Below are positions 51,224 to 61,531 of a stretch of 64,000 nt of DNA, piece after piece; within the stretch, counting starts at the first letter, position 1, and each line of letters opens with the position of its first letter. The notes under the pieces are model-generated. The model ran no database searches and had not been told where the DNA came from. It saw only the letters and a program-made list of their open reading frames with translations. Location: positions 18,332 through 82,331 of the forward strand of contig JANXDW010000026.1 of NCBI GenBank assembly GCA_025058515.1, read 5' to 3'. A program made the position numbers and the translations under genes. The stretch comes from Aigarchaeota archaeon (GTDB lineage Archaea; Thermoproteota; Nitrososphaeria_A; Caldarchaeales; Wolframiiraptoraceae).

Positions 51224-51474
51224 TTTCTACTCGACTACATTTATTTCGTTAGTCGTATATATTCTTTCTTATTGAAAAATTTCTTTCTAATTGAAAAATC
51301 CTTCCATCTAAAGAATAACGTAGTTATAGAAGAAGAGCAATCACATATATAGATTGAAGGTAAAAACCACACCACAAATGTAAATTATCAATCTAGTCCA
51401 TGAATAGTATAATGGGATTTAATATTTTCTCTTCTCTCAGTTTACCTATCTCAAATCATCCATAATCATCTATC

Positions 51475-52869
51475 CTAGTATACTAGTGAGTTGGCTAGTA
51501 TCTCGCTTAACCCTGAAACATTTATGCTAGAGTTGTAGTAGCTAACCGTATCTAGAAACTGTCTTTTACAGTTTGCACATATCGTTACCAAAGTTGAGGC
51601 ACCGGTATTTTTAACCTGCTCCATCTTCAATCTTCCATAAGTCTTCATCCTGAACTCTGGGAAATTGTACTTATTCATTAAAGCAAATCCACCTCCACCT
51701 CCACAACAGTAATTGTACTCTCTATTCGGAAACATCTCTCTAAAATCTTTACATGAAGCAGCTAATACTCTTCGAGGCTCATCATATATCCCACCGCATC
51801 TTCCAATCTTACATGAATCATGAAAAGTAACGGGTGCGGGATTCTTATCTTTATCAAGTCTCAATCTTCCTTCTCTTAAAAACTTATCGTATAATTCTAC
51901 TATATGGATTACCTTGAATGGTCTCTCTTCAGGGGGGATTAAGTCTTTTATCAAGTGTCCGAGAACATCGTAAGAATGTCCACATTCTCCGACGACTACA
52001 TATTCTGGTTTAAGTTTCTTGAAAGTTTCTAAATGAGCTTTAATTACACGTAATAAGTCTTTATCACTATAGAATAGACCGTAGTTTACGTTATCAAATA
52101 CTCCGGTTTTCGGAGAGTTAAATGTCCAATCTTCATTCACGTAATTCATTATCTCAACGATACCTCTTATCGTATCGAGAAAAGATAGATAATCTCCAGC
52201 ATTGTTTATTATTAGATATTTTGCACCAACTTTATCGACTGGAATCTCTACGTTAACATTTTTTCTATTCTCCTCAATCTCACTCTTCACGAAATCTAAT
52301 ATATTGATTAAAGCATCATACGGTATCTTTGGAGCACTGCCAAAATTAATCTGATTCTCCACTCCTTCTTCTTTTAACTCATCTGGAACAATTCCTAACT
52401 CAGCTAATATCTTCCTCGCCTCCCTCATTATCAATCCATTATCTAAACCGAATGGACAAGCCAATACACATCTTCTACAGATTGTACACCTGTAGGCAGC
52501 CTCAGATAATGCATTGATATCTTGTTCAGTGGCTTCTTTAGCACCTACTAGTCTTCCGAATAGTTTCCCACTCCACGTAAAATGTTTCTTGTAAATCTTT
52601 CTTAGAAGGTCGGCTCTGTAGAGTGGACTATAGATCTTTTGTCTTCCACTTCCCACATATACTGGGCAGGCCTCAGCACATGTTCCACAATGAGTACATG
52701 CTTCAAGGCTTAATTTTAATGGTAGGAGGAATGCCCAGTTATTCTCTTTACTCAATATTTCTCTAAATGCTTTGAGGAATCTATCAACCTTAGGTTCTTG
52801 TGGACGGACCTTTGCATCTGAGAGACCTCTATACTCATCAAATAATTTTTCTAAATTCATAGGCTTCAC
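51475..52869 (-). CDS. dsrK: DsrK/HdrD-like Fe-S oxidoreductase (two [4Fe-4S] motifs plus CCG domains)
   Basis: CTHCGTCAEACP, CTICRRCVLACP, and a CCG-type Cys cluster YNYCCGGGGGFAL. Confidence 0.75.
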   Translation of the reverse strand: MKPMNLEKLFDEYRGLSDAKVRPQEPKVDRFLKAFREILSKENNWAFLLPLKLSLEACTHCGTCAEACPVYVGSGRQKIYSPLYRADLLRKIYKKHFTWSGKLFGRLVGAKEATEQDINALSEAAYRCTICRRCVLACPFGLDNGLIMREARKILAELGIVPDELKEEGVENQINFGSAPKIPYDALINILDFVKSEIEENRKNVNVEIPVDKVGAKYLIINNAGDYLSFLDTIRGIVEIMNYVNEDWTFNSPKTGVFDNVNYGLFYSDKDLLRVIKAHLETFKKLKPEYVVVGECGHSYDVLGHLIKDLIPPEERPFKVIHIVELYDKFLREGRLRLDKDKNPAPVTFHDSCKIGRCGGIYDEPRRVLAASCKDFREMFPNREYNYCCGGGGGFALMNKYNFPEFRMKTYGRLKMEQVKNTGASTLVTICANCKRQFLDTVSYYNSSINVSGLSEILANSLVY

Positions 52870-53549
52870 CTCCTAATATGTCTTTGATCAAGAATTATTT
52901 TTTGTCCATAGAATATTGCTATCGGATGTATGAGGGTTTTAAAAGGTAGGTACATCATGTAAACTTGTGCAAATAGTATGTGGATTAAGAATAATGTATC
53001 TGCAGGTGGGAGTACAGGGTTCAAGGTTATAATGCCTTGGATCCAGCTCCATACTTGAATAGAGTCTATCAACTTGAACATCCGAATATATTGTCCTAGA
53101 AGTAATGTGACTATAAGTAATCCTAGAGCTAGATAATCTGAAAAATAGGATTCTGTTTTCTTATCGTAGATCCTTCTTATGAGAAAACCGAAAGAGCCGA
53201 TTGCTGCGAACATTCCTGCCGCACTTCCTATCTCGTATTCGAGAGGAAGATGAGGCATGAAGATATACTTAGCGTGGAGTGAGAGGCTTACGATTAATCC
53301 TATGTGAAACATCCATGCTAGAGTGAATATAAGTTTATCAAATTTTCTTGGACCAGGTAAGGAGAAGATCCTCTTTCCAATAGTGATGAATATGCTTGCG
53401 AGGTTTTTCTTTGCAGGGAATATAGCCCACATCACTGGTCTAGGGAGGAACATGAATTTGAAGAAGTTGTATCCTAATGCGATTCCAAAGGTCGCCATCA
53501 TGATGTAAGGCAAGACTACCCCAATTATAAACAACGTAAAATCATACAT
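52866..53549 (-). CDS. dsrM: DsrM/HdrE/NarI-like membrane b-type cytochrome subunit
   Basis: 227 aa with 5 TM helices and conserved His in helices. Its stop overlaps the dsrK start. Confidence 0.55.
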   Translation of the reverse strand: MYDFTLFIIGVVLPYIMMATFGIALGYNFFKFMFLPRPVMWAIFPAKKNLASIFITIGKRIFSLPGPRKFDKLIFTLAWMFHIGLIVSLSLHAKYIFMPHLPLEYEIGSAAGMFAAIGSFGFLIRRIYDKKTESYFSDYLALGLLIVTLLLGQYIRMFKLIDSIQVWSWIQGIITLNPVLPPADTLFLIHILFAQVYMMYLPFKTLIHPIAIFYGQKIILDQRHIRR

Positions 53550-53776
53550 CTAGAGATCACCCTTATACTTAAATCTGCAATATGCAAATCTAGTTGACAC
53601 TTTTATTAAGCTTTTATCTTTTCTAAGCATAGTTCATATGGAGGATAAAGAGTCACATATTTAAATTTATGTTTATTACAATGGTTATTGTAATGTGTTA
53701 GACCGCAGATCTCCAGCATTCAGAATGATTATTATCTATCTAAAGAATAGCAATTCATGAATCGTGATCATCATTA

Positions 53777-54511
53777 TTATTCCAACCATCTCAACTTCTC
53801 CCTTAATGTTACTACTTCTCCTAGAATTATGACAGCTGGAGGTTTAACTTGATATCTCTGAGAAATCTCTACAATATTCTGTAAGTCTCCAGTTAGTACT
53901 CTTTGTTCTCTTAAAGTTGCATTCTCTACTATAGCGATAGGAGTAGTTGGAGGAAGACTTGAAGATGCTATTTTTACGATCTTCTCTAGGTTAGAGACGC
54001 CCATTAATATTATCGTAGTATCAACTGATGAGAATATCTTCTTTAAGTAATCTAATTCATCTACGCATCCCTCCTTTCTATGCCCCGTGACAATAGCTAT
54101 AGAAGATGAATATTCTCTATGGGTTACCGGTATCCCGGCATAGGTTGGACCAGCTAACGCTGAAGAGATACCGGGAATTATCTCGTAGGATATACCTGCT
54201 TCTTTAAGTACTTCACATTCCTCTCCACCTCTACCAAATAACATTGGATCACCATTCTTCAACCTTACAACATTATCGTATTTTCTAGCCTTCTCGACTA
54301 ATAGTTTATTTATCTCTTCCTGCTTCCAACTTTCACCTACTTCTTTCCCAACACAGATAAACTCTTTAGCATTAACAGCATATTCTAATATCTTCTCATT
54401 GACTAATCTATCATATATCACGACATCAGACTTCTGTAAGATCTTTAATCCTTTAAGTGTTATCAACTCAGGGTCTCCTGGACCTGCACCAACTAGATAG
54501 ACTTTACCCAA
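53777..54511 (-). CDS. cobA: Uroporphyrinogen-III C-methyltransferase (SUMT)
   Basis: VYLVGAGPGDPELITLKG and a tetrapyrrole methylase fold. 244 aa. Confidence 0.85.
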   Translation of the reverse strand: MGKVYLVGAGPGDPELITLKGLKILQKSDVVIYDRLVNEKILEYAVNAKEFICVGKEVGESWKQEEINKLLVEKARKYDNVVRLKNGDPMLFGRGGEECEVLKEAGISYEIIPGISSALAGPTYAGIPVTHREYSSSIAIVTGHRKEGCVDELDYLKKIFSSVDTTIILMGVSNLEKIVKIASSSLPPTTPIAIVENATLREQRVLTGDLQNIVEISQRYQVKPPAVIILGEVVTLREKLRWLE

Positions 54512-54703
54512 TGATTCTCTCCTCTATACTATGGTTTTAATTCATCTATATTAATAGTCTTAGTTCTTCTCCTCTCTTGATAAGAGAAGTCTATACGATT
54601 AGATTGAAGAATGTGAGGAAAACTAATGTCTACTTACTTATTCTCTACTTCAACATTTTATAAAATTATTGTTCATCTAAGAGTTTAAGCTGAATCTTTT
54701 TAA

Positions 54704-55417
54704 ATGTTTTGTTCAAGCTACTATTGTGGAAGTAGGATGAGGATGCCATTCTTTATTGAGATGTCCCAGAAGAAGATACTGATAATTGGTGGAGGATATA
54801 AGGGGTTGAAAAGAGTTGAAAAGTATCTTAAGACAGGCGCAGAGATAATAGTATATAGTAAAAGTTTTGATGAGAAATTGACTGAGTTAGCAGATGGAAA
54901 TCAAGTAAAATTGGTGAAAGGGGATGTTGAAGATTATGAGAGATTAGAAGAGTTGATAGAAGAATCTGATATCGTTATGGTTGCGCTTGAGAAAAAAGAT
55001 TACAATGAAAAGATTAAGAAGATTACTAAAAAGTATCGTAGACTTCTCAACTTAGCTAATGATGCAGAAGAGACAGATCTAGTAGTACCTATTGACTCCA
55101 CCGTAGGTCCATTAAGGATAGCTATTACAACTGAAGGGAAGAGTAGTATAATTGCAAGAGAAGCTTTGCACAAGATAGTAAAATTATTAGAAGAAGATAT
55201 AGAGTTGAGAGAATTTACAGAGTTAATGTACTCTGTAAAGAAAATAGTTAAAAAGACTCATTTTGATTCTAAGAAGAAGTTAGAGATATATTACAAAATT
55301 TATAACAATAGTTTATTGAGAGAAGCTATCAAGATTGGAGATTATGGAAAAGCTAGAGAGATTGTTTTCAATATATTAAGAGAAGAAGGTTTAAGAGTTG
55401 AAGAAGGCGAATTATGA
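54704..55417 (+). CDS. sirC: Precorrin-2 dehydrogenase / sirohydrochlorin ferrochelatase (SirC/Met8-like Rossmann domain)
   Basis: KKILIIGGGYKGLKRVEKYLKTGAEIIVYS. The true start is probably the internal Met near 54737-54743. Confidence 0.65.
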   Translation: MFCSSYYCGSRMRMPFFIEMSQKKILIIGGGYKGLKRVEKYLKTGAEIIVYSKSFDEKLTELADGNQVKLVKGDVEDYERLEELIEESDIVMVALEKKDYNEKIKKITKKYRRLLNLANDAEETDLVVPIDSTVGPLRIAITTEGKSSIIAREALHKIVKLLEEDIELREFTELMYSVKKIVKKTHFDSKKKLEIYYKIYNNSLLREAIKIGDYGKAREIVFNILREEGLRVEEGEL

Positions 55418-56787
55418 TGAAAGCTAAGAGAATAATCATCTCTAGCGTAAGCGGGAAAACTGGTAAAACAATAATAACTACAGCCATAGTAAAGAAACTT
55501 GTAGAACTTGGATATAGAGTACAGTCATTTAAGATCGGGCCAGATTTTATCGACCCTTCATATCATAACTTATTCTCAAGTAGACCTTCACGTAATCTAG
55601 ATTCTATCATGATGAAGAAAGATGTTCTCTTATCTTCTTTTACACGTGCAATGAGAGATGCGGATATCGGTGTAATTGAAGGAGTTTTTGGATTATATGA
55701 TAGTATTGATGGAGTATCAGAAGAAGGTAGCACAGCTCAAGTCTCCAAGATCCTTAAAGCCCCAGTCATCTTAATTATTAATGCAGAGAGAATTAATCGA
55801 GGAGTATTAGCTTTGATAAAGGGTTTTAGAGAATTTGACGAAGAAGTTCTTCTCAAAGGTATCATTATAAACAATATTGGAAGTGAGAACCAGAAGAGAA
55901 AGTTGCTTAAAACAATCTATGAGAATTTTAAAGATTTGGAGATTGTTGGAGCTGTCTTTAGAAGCGACCTCGTAGAAGAGAAGATGATATACAGACATCT
56001 TGGTTTAATACCGGTTGTTGAAAGATCTCGAGAGATAAGTGAGATAAGAGAAGCTGTAAATCAAGTGGCTGAACAGATAGATATAGAGAAGATAATTAGT
56101 CTAGCATCTGAAGTTGATGAACTTCCAGAGCCTACCGAAGATATGACAAGCTATCACTTTAAGACGAAGGTAGGCATTTTGAAAGATAGTATATTCTCAT
56201 TCTACTATCCTGAAAATCTAGAATACCTTCAAAAATTTGCAGATAGAACATATTACATAAATTCAATGGTGGATGAGGCTCTTCCAGATATAGATCTACT
56301 ATATATTGGCGGTGGGTTTCCAGAAGTTTATGCAAGTTTACTTGAGAAGAATAATCCATTAAAGAATGAGATAAGGAGAAAGGTTGAGAAAGGATTAAAG
56401 ATATATGCTGAATGTGGTGGGTTAATGTATCTTTCTAATAAGATCAAGACATTGAATGGAGAAGAGTATGATATGATAGGATTAATTGATGGAATCACGG
56501 AGATGAGTAAGAGACCTGTAGGACATGGGTATGTTTATCTTAAAGCATTAAGAGATAACCCGTTAATAGGAGTTAATGAGTATCTCGTTGGACATGAATT
56601 TCACTATTCTCGATTGATCTTAAGAGAGAAAGTGGATTTTGCTTTCAAAGTTGAGAGAGGATATGGTATCGATGGAGTTCATGATGGATTACTTAAAGAA
56701 AACATCTTAACAATGTACACTCATTTACATGTTCTACATAATAAAAACATGTTCCTAAAGATACTTAAGTGGGCTGAGAGAGATTAA
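55414..56787 (+). CDS. dsrN: CbiA/CobB-family amidotransferase, DsrN-like (putative siroheme amidase)
   Basis: N-terminal P-loop SGKTGKT and FKIGPDFIDPSYH, plus a C-terminal glutamine amidotransferase Cys (AECGGLMYL). It lies beside siroheme and dsr genes. Confidence 0.7.
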   Translation: MMKAKRIIISSVSGKTGKTIITTAIVKKLVELGYRVQSFKIGPDFIDPSYHNLFSSRPSRNLDSIMMKKDVLLSSFTRAMRDADIGVIEGVFGLYDSIDGVSEEGSTAQVSKILKAPVILIINAERINRGVLALIKGFREFDEEVLLKGIIINNIGSENQKRKLLKTIYENFKDLEIVGAVFRSDLVEEKMIYRHLGLIPVVERSREISEIREAVNQVAEQIDIEKIISLASEVDELPEPTEDMTSYHFKTKVGILKDSIFSFYYPENLEYLQKFADRTYYINSMVDEALPDIDLLYIGGGFPEVYASLLEKNNPLKNEIRRKVEKGLKIYAECGGLMYLSNKIKTLNGEEYDMIGLIDGITEMSKRPVGHGYVYLKALRDNPLIGVNEYLVGHEFHYSRLILREKVDFAFKVERGYGIDGVHDGLLKENILTMYTHLHVLHNKNMFLKILKWAERD

Positions 56788-57602
56788 TAGTAACCAATGT
56801 TTTTAAGGAATTCTAAGATCTCTTTATTCACTATTTCTGGAACCTCTAAGAGGAAATAGTGTCCATATCCTTCAAGTATTATCAACTTCGAGTTCGGTAT
56901 CATCTCCTTAGCTCTCCTAACGTAGTCTAATGGTACTCGATCATCTTTATCACCAGCCATTATAAGAGTAGGAACTTTTATTTCTCTCAACTTTTTCGAT
57001 GCATCATATTTACTAAGAGTCTTGACTAAATTCAAGTACTCTCTCCTTCTATTCTCAGTTAAGTCTTTTATGGCCCATTCTTTAACTTCTTGTGGAGTAT
57101 TTGGATGGAATGTTTTTTCTATCTCTCTTCTTACAAGGTCTTCATATCTAGAAGACTCGAATCCTTCAAAATCTGCAAAATCCATAAACATCGTTAACAT
57201 CTCTCTCCAAACTCTTAGATAGGCTTCCATAAGCATCTTAGGTCTCTTGAATAATCTGCTGGCTAACATTATGAGAGCTTTTACCTTCTCTGGATGCATA
57301 AAATAATACTGGGTAGCTATCATGCCTCCCATAGACCATCCAGCGAGAGCTACTTCTTCTATGTTTAGATGTTTGAGAAGAAGATCTAAGTCTTCTGCAA
57401 GTTTTTCAACTGTAGTAGGTTTCTCTAACTTAACAGATTTTCCATGTCCTCTAACATCTAAAGCTATTACTTTATAATATTTAGAGAATTCAGGGATCTG
57501 CATCCTCCACCATTCATGGGAAGCCCAAGCTCCATGGATTAAGATTAACGCTCTACCTTCTCCAAATACTTCATAATAGATCTCATTGTTTATATACGGC
57601 AT
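56784..57602 (-). CDS. Alpha/beta-fold hydrolase
   Basis: Nucleophile elbow GWSMGG and HGAWASHEWW (HG oxyanion). 272 aa. Confidence 0.65.
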   Translation of the reverse strand: MPYINNEIYYEVFGEGRALILIHGAWASHEWWRMQIPEFSKYYKVIALDVRGHGKSVKLEKPTTVEKLAEDLDLLLKHLNIEEVALAGWSMGGMIATQYYFMHPEKVKALIMLASRLFKRPKMLMEAYLRVWREMLTMFMDFADFEGFESSRYEDLVRREIEKTFHPNTPQEVKEWAIKDLTENRRREYLNLVKTLSKYDASKKLREIKVPTLIMAGDKDDRVPLDYVRRAKEMIPNSKLIILEGYGHYFLLEVPEIVNKEILEFLKNIGYY

Positions 57603-57907
57603 CTATTAGAATAATAAAAAGGTTGAATTAAAACATAACCTAGCTAATGACAATGTTGTAAGCATAACTTATTATCTTACTCTAGATCAAGTATATATCC
57701 TTTTTCATATTAATCTCTCCAACGCTAATCTATAAGCTCAAGTCTATATCAGTAGATACTCTATACTTCCAGTGAGTCGGGATGATGAAATAGAATAAAA
57801 TCTTATCTAATGTTTATTTGAACCCATGTATCTTGAATGCTCTGATTTTTACGCCTAAAGAAATATATATCAGTATCTTGACTCTCATATAATGAAGGTG
57901 AAAGATA

Positions 57908-58228
57908 ATGCCCTATGTAGATTTTAAAGGTCAGAAACTCGAAGTTGATGAAGATGGTTTTCTACAAGAACCTGAGAAGTGGAGCCCAGAGGTGGCAGAA
58001 TTCTTTGCTAAACACTTTGAAAATGTTGAAAAACTCACTGATGATCATTGGAAAGTGATAAACTATCTAAGAGAGTATTGGCAGAAATATGGGGTAGCAC
58101 CTCCTATAAGGATGCTTCTTAAACAGACTGGATTCACTCTCCAGAAGATCTATGAACTATTCCCCTCCGGACCTGCTAAAGGTGCATGTAAAGTCGCTGG
58201 ACTACCGAAGCCGACAGGCTGCGTTTAA
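57908..58228 (+). CDS. dsrC: DsrC (TusE/DsrC family) with both conserved C-terminal cysteines
   Basis: 106 aa. The C-terminus is ACKVAGLPKPTGCV (Cys-x10-Cys, penultimate Cys). Confidence 0.8.
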   Translation: MPYVDFKGQKLEVDEDGFLQEPEKWSPEVAEFFAKHFENVEKLTDDHWKVINYLREYWQKYGVAPPIRMLLKQTGFTLQKIYELFPSGPAKGACKVAGLPKPTGCV

Positions 58229-58273
58229 GATCGATTCTTTGAAGATCTTCACAACATCCTTACATAGTCAAGG

Positions 58274-58978
58274 GTGATCGGGTTGAGCCATGAGTCTAAA
58301 GGCGAAGATAAAGTATCTAAAGAAAGAAGAACTACTTTAAAATTTATTACATCTCTATCTTTTGTAATGGGTTTAGGTAGTGTAGCTTCTCTTCTTAAAT
58401 CTGTTACTCCTCCTGTTTTAGAGATTCCCGAATGGCCTAGGATTAAGATCGCAAATATAAATAATATTAAACCTTTAACATGGTATCTCTTCACATATCC
58501 TACTAGTGAGATACCATGTATATTGGTAAAAACAGGGAAGAGCACTCCCTACGGTATCGGCCCCGATAAAGATATAGTTGCTTATGTTATGATATGTCAG
58601 CATGCAAGATATTATGGGACGATTTATATTCCTCCAAGGGAGAAAAGGGATCCAGCAAAGTTAACGTACTTAAAGACTGTGCCTCCAAATGTTTTAGAGC
58701 TATATCCAGATAAAAACCTACTATACTGTCCAGCACATGCTGCTATATACGATCTTGAAGATGGTGGGAGTGTCTTAAGCGGACCACCATTCTGTAGTCT
58801 ATGTAAAGTAGTTCTCGAATATGATGATACAACTAGAGATATATATGTAGTTGGTTTAGCTCCTCCAGCCCCTGCTGTACCTGGAGTTACATTATGTTCT
58901 AAAGATGCTGAAGAATTGAAGAGGATCATGTTGGGGAAGAAACTCTTATCTGAAGTTACTTTAGAAGAGAAGATATAG
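58274..58978 (+). CDS. Rieske-type [2Fe-2S] protein, atypical (no disulfide cysteines, long inter-box spacer), twin-arginine-like N-terminus
   Basis: Box I CQH and Box II CPAH, about 43 residues apart. N-terminus KERRTTLKF plus a hydrophobic stretch. It lies directly upstream of cytochrome b. Confidence 0.5.
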   Translation: MIGLSHESKGEDKVSKERRTTLKFITSLSFVMGLGSVASLLKSVTPPVLEIPEWPRIKIANINNIKPLTWYLFTYPTSEIPCILVKTGKSTPYGIGPDKDIVAYVMICQHARYYGTIYIPPREKRDPAKLTYLKTVPPNVLELYPDKNLLYCPAHAAIYDLEDGGSVLSGPPFCSLCKVVLEYDDTTRDIYVVGLAPPAPAVPGVTLCSKDAEELKRIMLGKKLLSEVTLEEKI

Positions 58979-58989
58979 GAGGATGAAGT

Positions 58990-60468
58990 ATGAGTAAGAG
59001 TTTTTTAAAGAAGTTTGTAGACTGGCTAGATGAAAACTTTGGATTTACCAGGACCATACTACGCCCTGCTCCTGAGTATTCTCTTCGAAATCCATCTTAC
59101 TGGCTTGGAGCTATAGCCGTGGTAGCTTTCTTCACAGCTGGAGCCGCAGGCATAATCTTATTACAATATTATGATCCACATCCTGATAATGCATGGGAGT
59201 CTGTGAGTAGAATCATGATCGAGGTCCCCTTTGGAAACCTCATAAGAAACATCCACATATACTCAGCCTTCTCAATGATCTTCATCGCCTTTTTACATTT
59301 TATGAGAAATTATTTTACTCTAGCTTATAGGAGACCTAGAGAGTTGATGTGGATAGTCGGGATGCTTATGGGTTTAGCTACTTTAATGATGGGGTTCACG
59401 GGATATCTTCTCCCATGGTATGCTCTCTCCTACGCAGCTGTAGGATTCGGGATAACGATAATAAAACAGTTACCACAACCTATAAGCGGTTTCCTAGAAT
59501 ACCTTATATCAGGATATGGAACAGACATGGAATTACTTAGACGGTTCTATACATTCCACACAGTCCTACTACCAGCATTAATAATAATCTTATTAGCAAT
59601 TAAGTTACATATTTTTGAAGTCCACGGTATAACTGAACCTCTAAGAAGAGATCTTCCAGAAGAAGAGAGGAAGCTCGTACCTTGGTTCCCGAACGTATTC
59701 CTATACTTTGTAATCATTGTTACTACATTTATTACAATAATATTGACTGCATCAATAATATATCCATTTGGACTACATGAGAAATATACTCCAGGCGTAG
59801 TTACGATACCGATGCCTGAATGGTATTTTATGTGGACTTACGCTATCGCTAAGACAGAGTTTATCGAAGCTTTTGGAGAGACAGGCTTCAAGCTATTCGT
59901 AGCAACTTTAACAATAATAACACTGATCTTCATATTCTTACCATTCTTAGATAGGTGGAAAGATAAACATCCTTCAGAGAGACCATTCTTCATCGCTATA
60001 GGAGTATGGATGATAGTTGAGCTAGTTCTAATGACATATCTTGCATGGATAACTGCAGGCACATACATTCCATCAGAAATCGCTATCCTCAGCATAACTA
60101 TTCCAGCAATCATCATCTTCTTAGCAGCATATGTATACTCGAGAAAGATTGTAAAACCACCTGAGCTAGTCTGGGAGAAATTCAGCAAGCTTAAAGTATC
60201 AAGATTCAGCGAGGGCTCGATTAATTCAAAGAGATATGTTTGGAATATTGTAAGATTTATGATAAGTATTATGTGTGCAGGGTTATCGTTTAGGATAATA
60301 TATGGATGGCTTACAGAGGGGATCGGTTCTGCATGGATGATCTTCGGTCTAGTTCTCCTCTCCATCTCCACCCTCGAATCTCTTAGAATAATTTACATCG
60401 CAGACCTATCCTCTCAAAATATTAAGAATAGGTCAAGATCGTTAGAGAGGTGGTGGGGAATTGGTTGA
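58990..60468 (+). CDS. Cytochrome b (bc-complex type) with C-terminal extension
   Basis: Helix B His pair H-x13-H (NIHIYSAFSMIFIAFLHF), PRELMWIVGMLMG, and GYLLPW. 492 aa. Confidence 0.7.
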   Translation: MSKSFLKKFVDWLDENFGFTRTILRPAPEYSLRNPSYWLGAIAVVAFFTAGAAGIILLQYYDPHPDNAWESVSRIMIEVPFGNLIRNIHIYSAFSMIFIAFLHFMRNYFTLAYRRPRELMWIVGMLMGLATLMMGFTGYLLPWYALSYAAVGFGITIIKQLPQPISGFLEYLISGYGTDMELLRRFYTFHTVLLPALIIILLAIKLHIFEVHGITEPLRRDLPEEERKLVPWFPNVFLYFVIIVTTFITIILTASIIYPFGLHEKYTPGVVTIPMPEWYFMWTYAIAKTEFIEAFGETGFKLFVATLTIITLIFIFLPFLDRWKDKHPSERPFFIAIGVWMIVELVLMTYLAWITAGTYIPSEIAILSITIPAIIIFLAAYVYSRKIVKPPELVWEKFSKLKVSRFSEGSINSKRYVWNIVRFMISIMCAGLSFRIIYGWLTEGIGSAWMIFGLVLLSISTLESLRIIYIADLSSQNIKNRSRSLERWWGIG

Positions 60469-60721
60469 GAGAACATACATAGTTCTCTTAGTACTTTTAA
60501 TTGTTCAAGCAATCTTAACAGGGCTCGTCTGGATGGTGAACCCTATACTAGTTACCCATCAAGTAGCTGCAGCAGGATATATCGCCTCAAGTTTACTCAT
60601 TCTTGCGATGATCGTTTATGTTTATTACCGCGGTGATGATTATGATCAAGAATGGATAGCTGCGGGAGTAGGGATGATCGTCCTAATCCTCTTGTTAACA
60701 TATATAAAGGGAGGTTTCTAG
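60461..60721 (+). CDS. Small two-helix membrane protein
   Basis: 86 aa with two hydrophobic helices. It overlaps the cytochrome b stop and abuts the next gene. Confidence 0.3.
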   Translation: MVERTYIVLLVLLIVQAILTGLVWMVNPILVTHQVAAAGYIASSLLILAMIVYVYYRGDDYDQEWIAAGVGMIVLILLLTYIKGGF

Positions 60722-61531
60722 ATGGATGTCCTGTTATTCATCATAGGTTCTATAACTCCGTACATAGCTTTCTTCGTACTAATACTAGGGTTGATCTATA
60801 GAGTAGCTCGATGGCTATCTATACCTGTACCAATTAGATTTCCAGTAGCTCCTGCACCAATAACATATACAGGAGTTCTGAAGAGGATGTCTATAGATCT
60901 CTTCGCATTCGGTAGCTTGATAAAAGGGAATAAGAAGCTTTGGCTAGGAGGATATGCTTTCCACATAGCGCTCGCTGTAACATTAATATCTCATATAATA
61001 AATGTCTACTTCCACAATTTATGGGAAGTCATAGGATATGGATGGTATGAGGCAGTACTATACTCAGGGTTCTTCTTCCTCGCTGCACTCTCTTTCCTAC
61101 TTGTAAGAAGGATAGTTCTACCGAATGTAAGATATATCTCAAAAATTAGTGATTACTTGATCTTGATCCTACTTTTCGCAATAGTCTTCTTAGGAGTCTA
61201 TATGAGAAGCTTTGGATTAGTAGATGTATCATCTGTTAGCAATTATATGTACAGCCTATTGACGTTTAACCCGATACCTCCACCAAGTAACATATGGTTC
61301 CTCACCCATTATGTCCTTGCTCAAATATTATTCATCTACGTCCCCTTCAGCAAAGTATCTCATCTAATAGGCTGGATGCTCTCGACCACGAGGAATATGA
61401 GAAATATCACTAGGTGGAGGAGGCATGTAAACCCATGGGACTACCCTGTAGAAGTACTCACATGGGAAGAATATTATGAGAAATTCAAAGATGAGTTAGA
61501 GTCCATCGGTCCAGGAGGTGAGAGAAGATGA
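60722..61531 (+). CDS. HdrE/DsrM/NarI-like membrane b-cytochrome subunit (paralog of 52866-53549)
   Basis: 269 aa. Its N-terminal topology is similar to the DsrM-like protein and it has conserved His in TM helices. It overlaps the next gene by 4 nt. Confidence 0.5.
   Translation: MDVLLFIIGSITPYIAFFVLILGLIYRVARWLSIPVPIRFPVAPAPITYTGVLKRMSIDLFAFGSLIKGNKKLWLGGYAFHIALAVTLISHIINVYFHNLWEVIGYGWYEAVLYSGFFFLAALSFLLVRRIVLPNVRYISKISDYLILILLFAIVFLGVYMRSFGLVDVSSVSNYMYSLLTFNPIPPPSNIWFLTHYVLAQILFIYVPFSKVSHLIGWMLSTTRNMRNITRWRRHVNPWDYPVEVLTWEEYYEKFKDELESIGPGGERR

Noticed and set aside
59838-60371. 177-aa minus-strand ORF
   Set aside because: It is antisense within the cytochrome b gene, so it is a shadow ORF.
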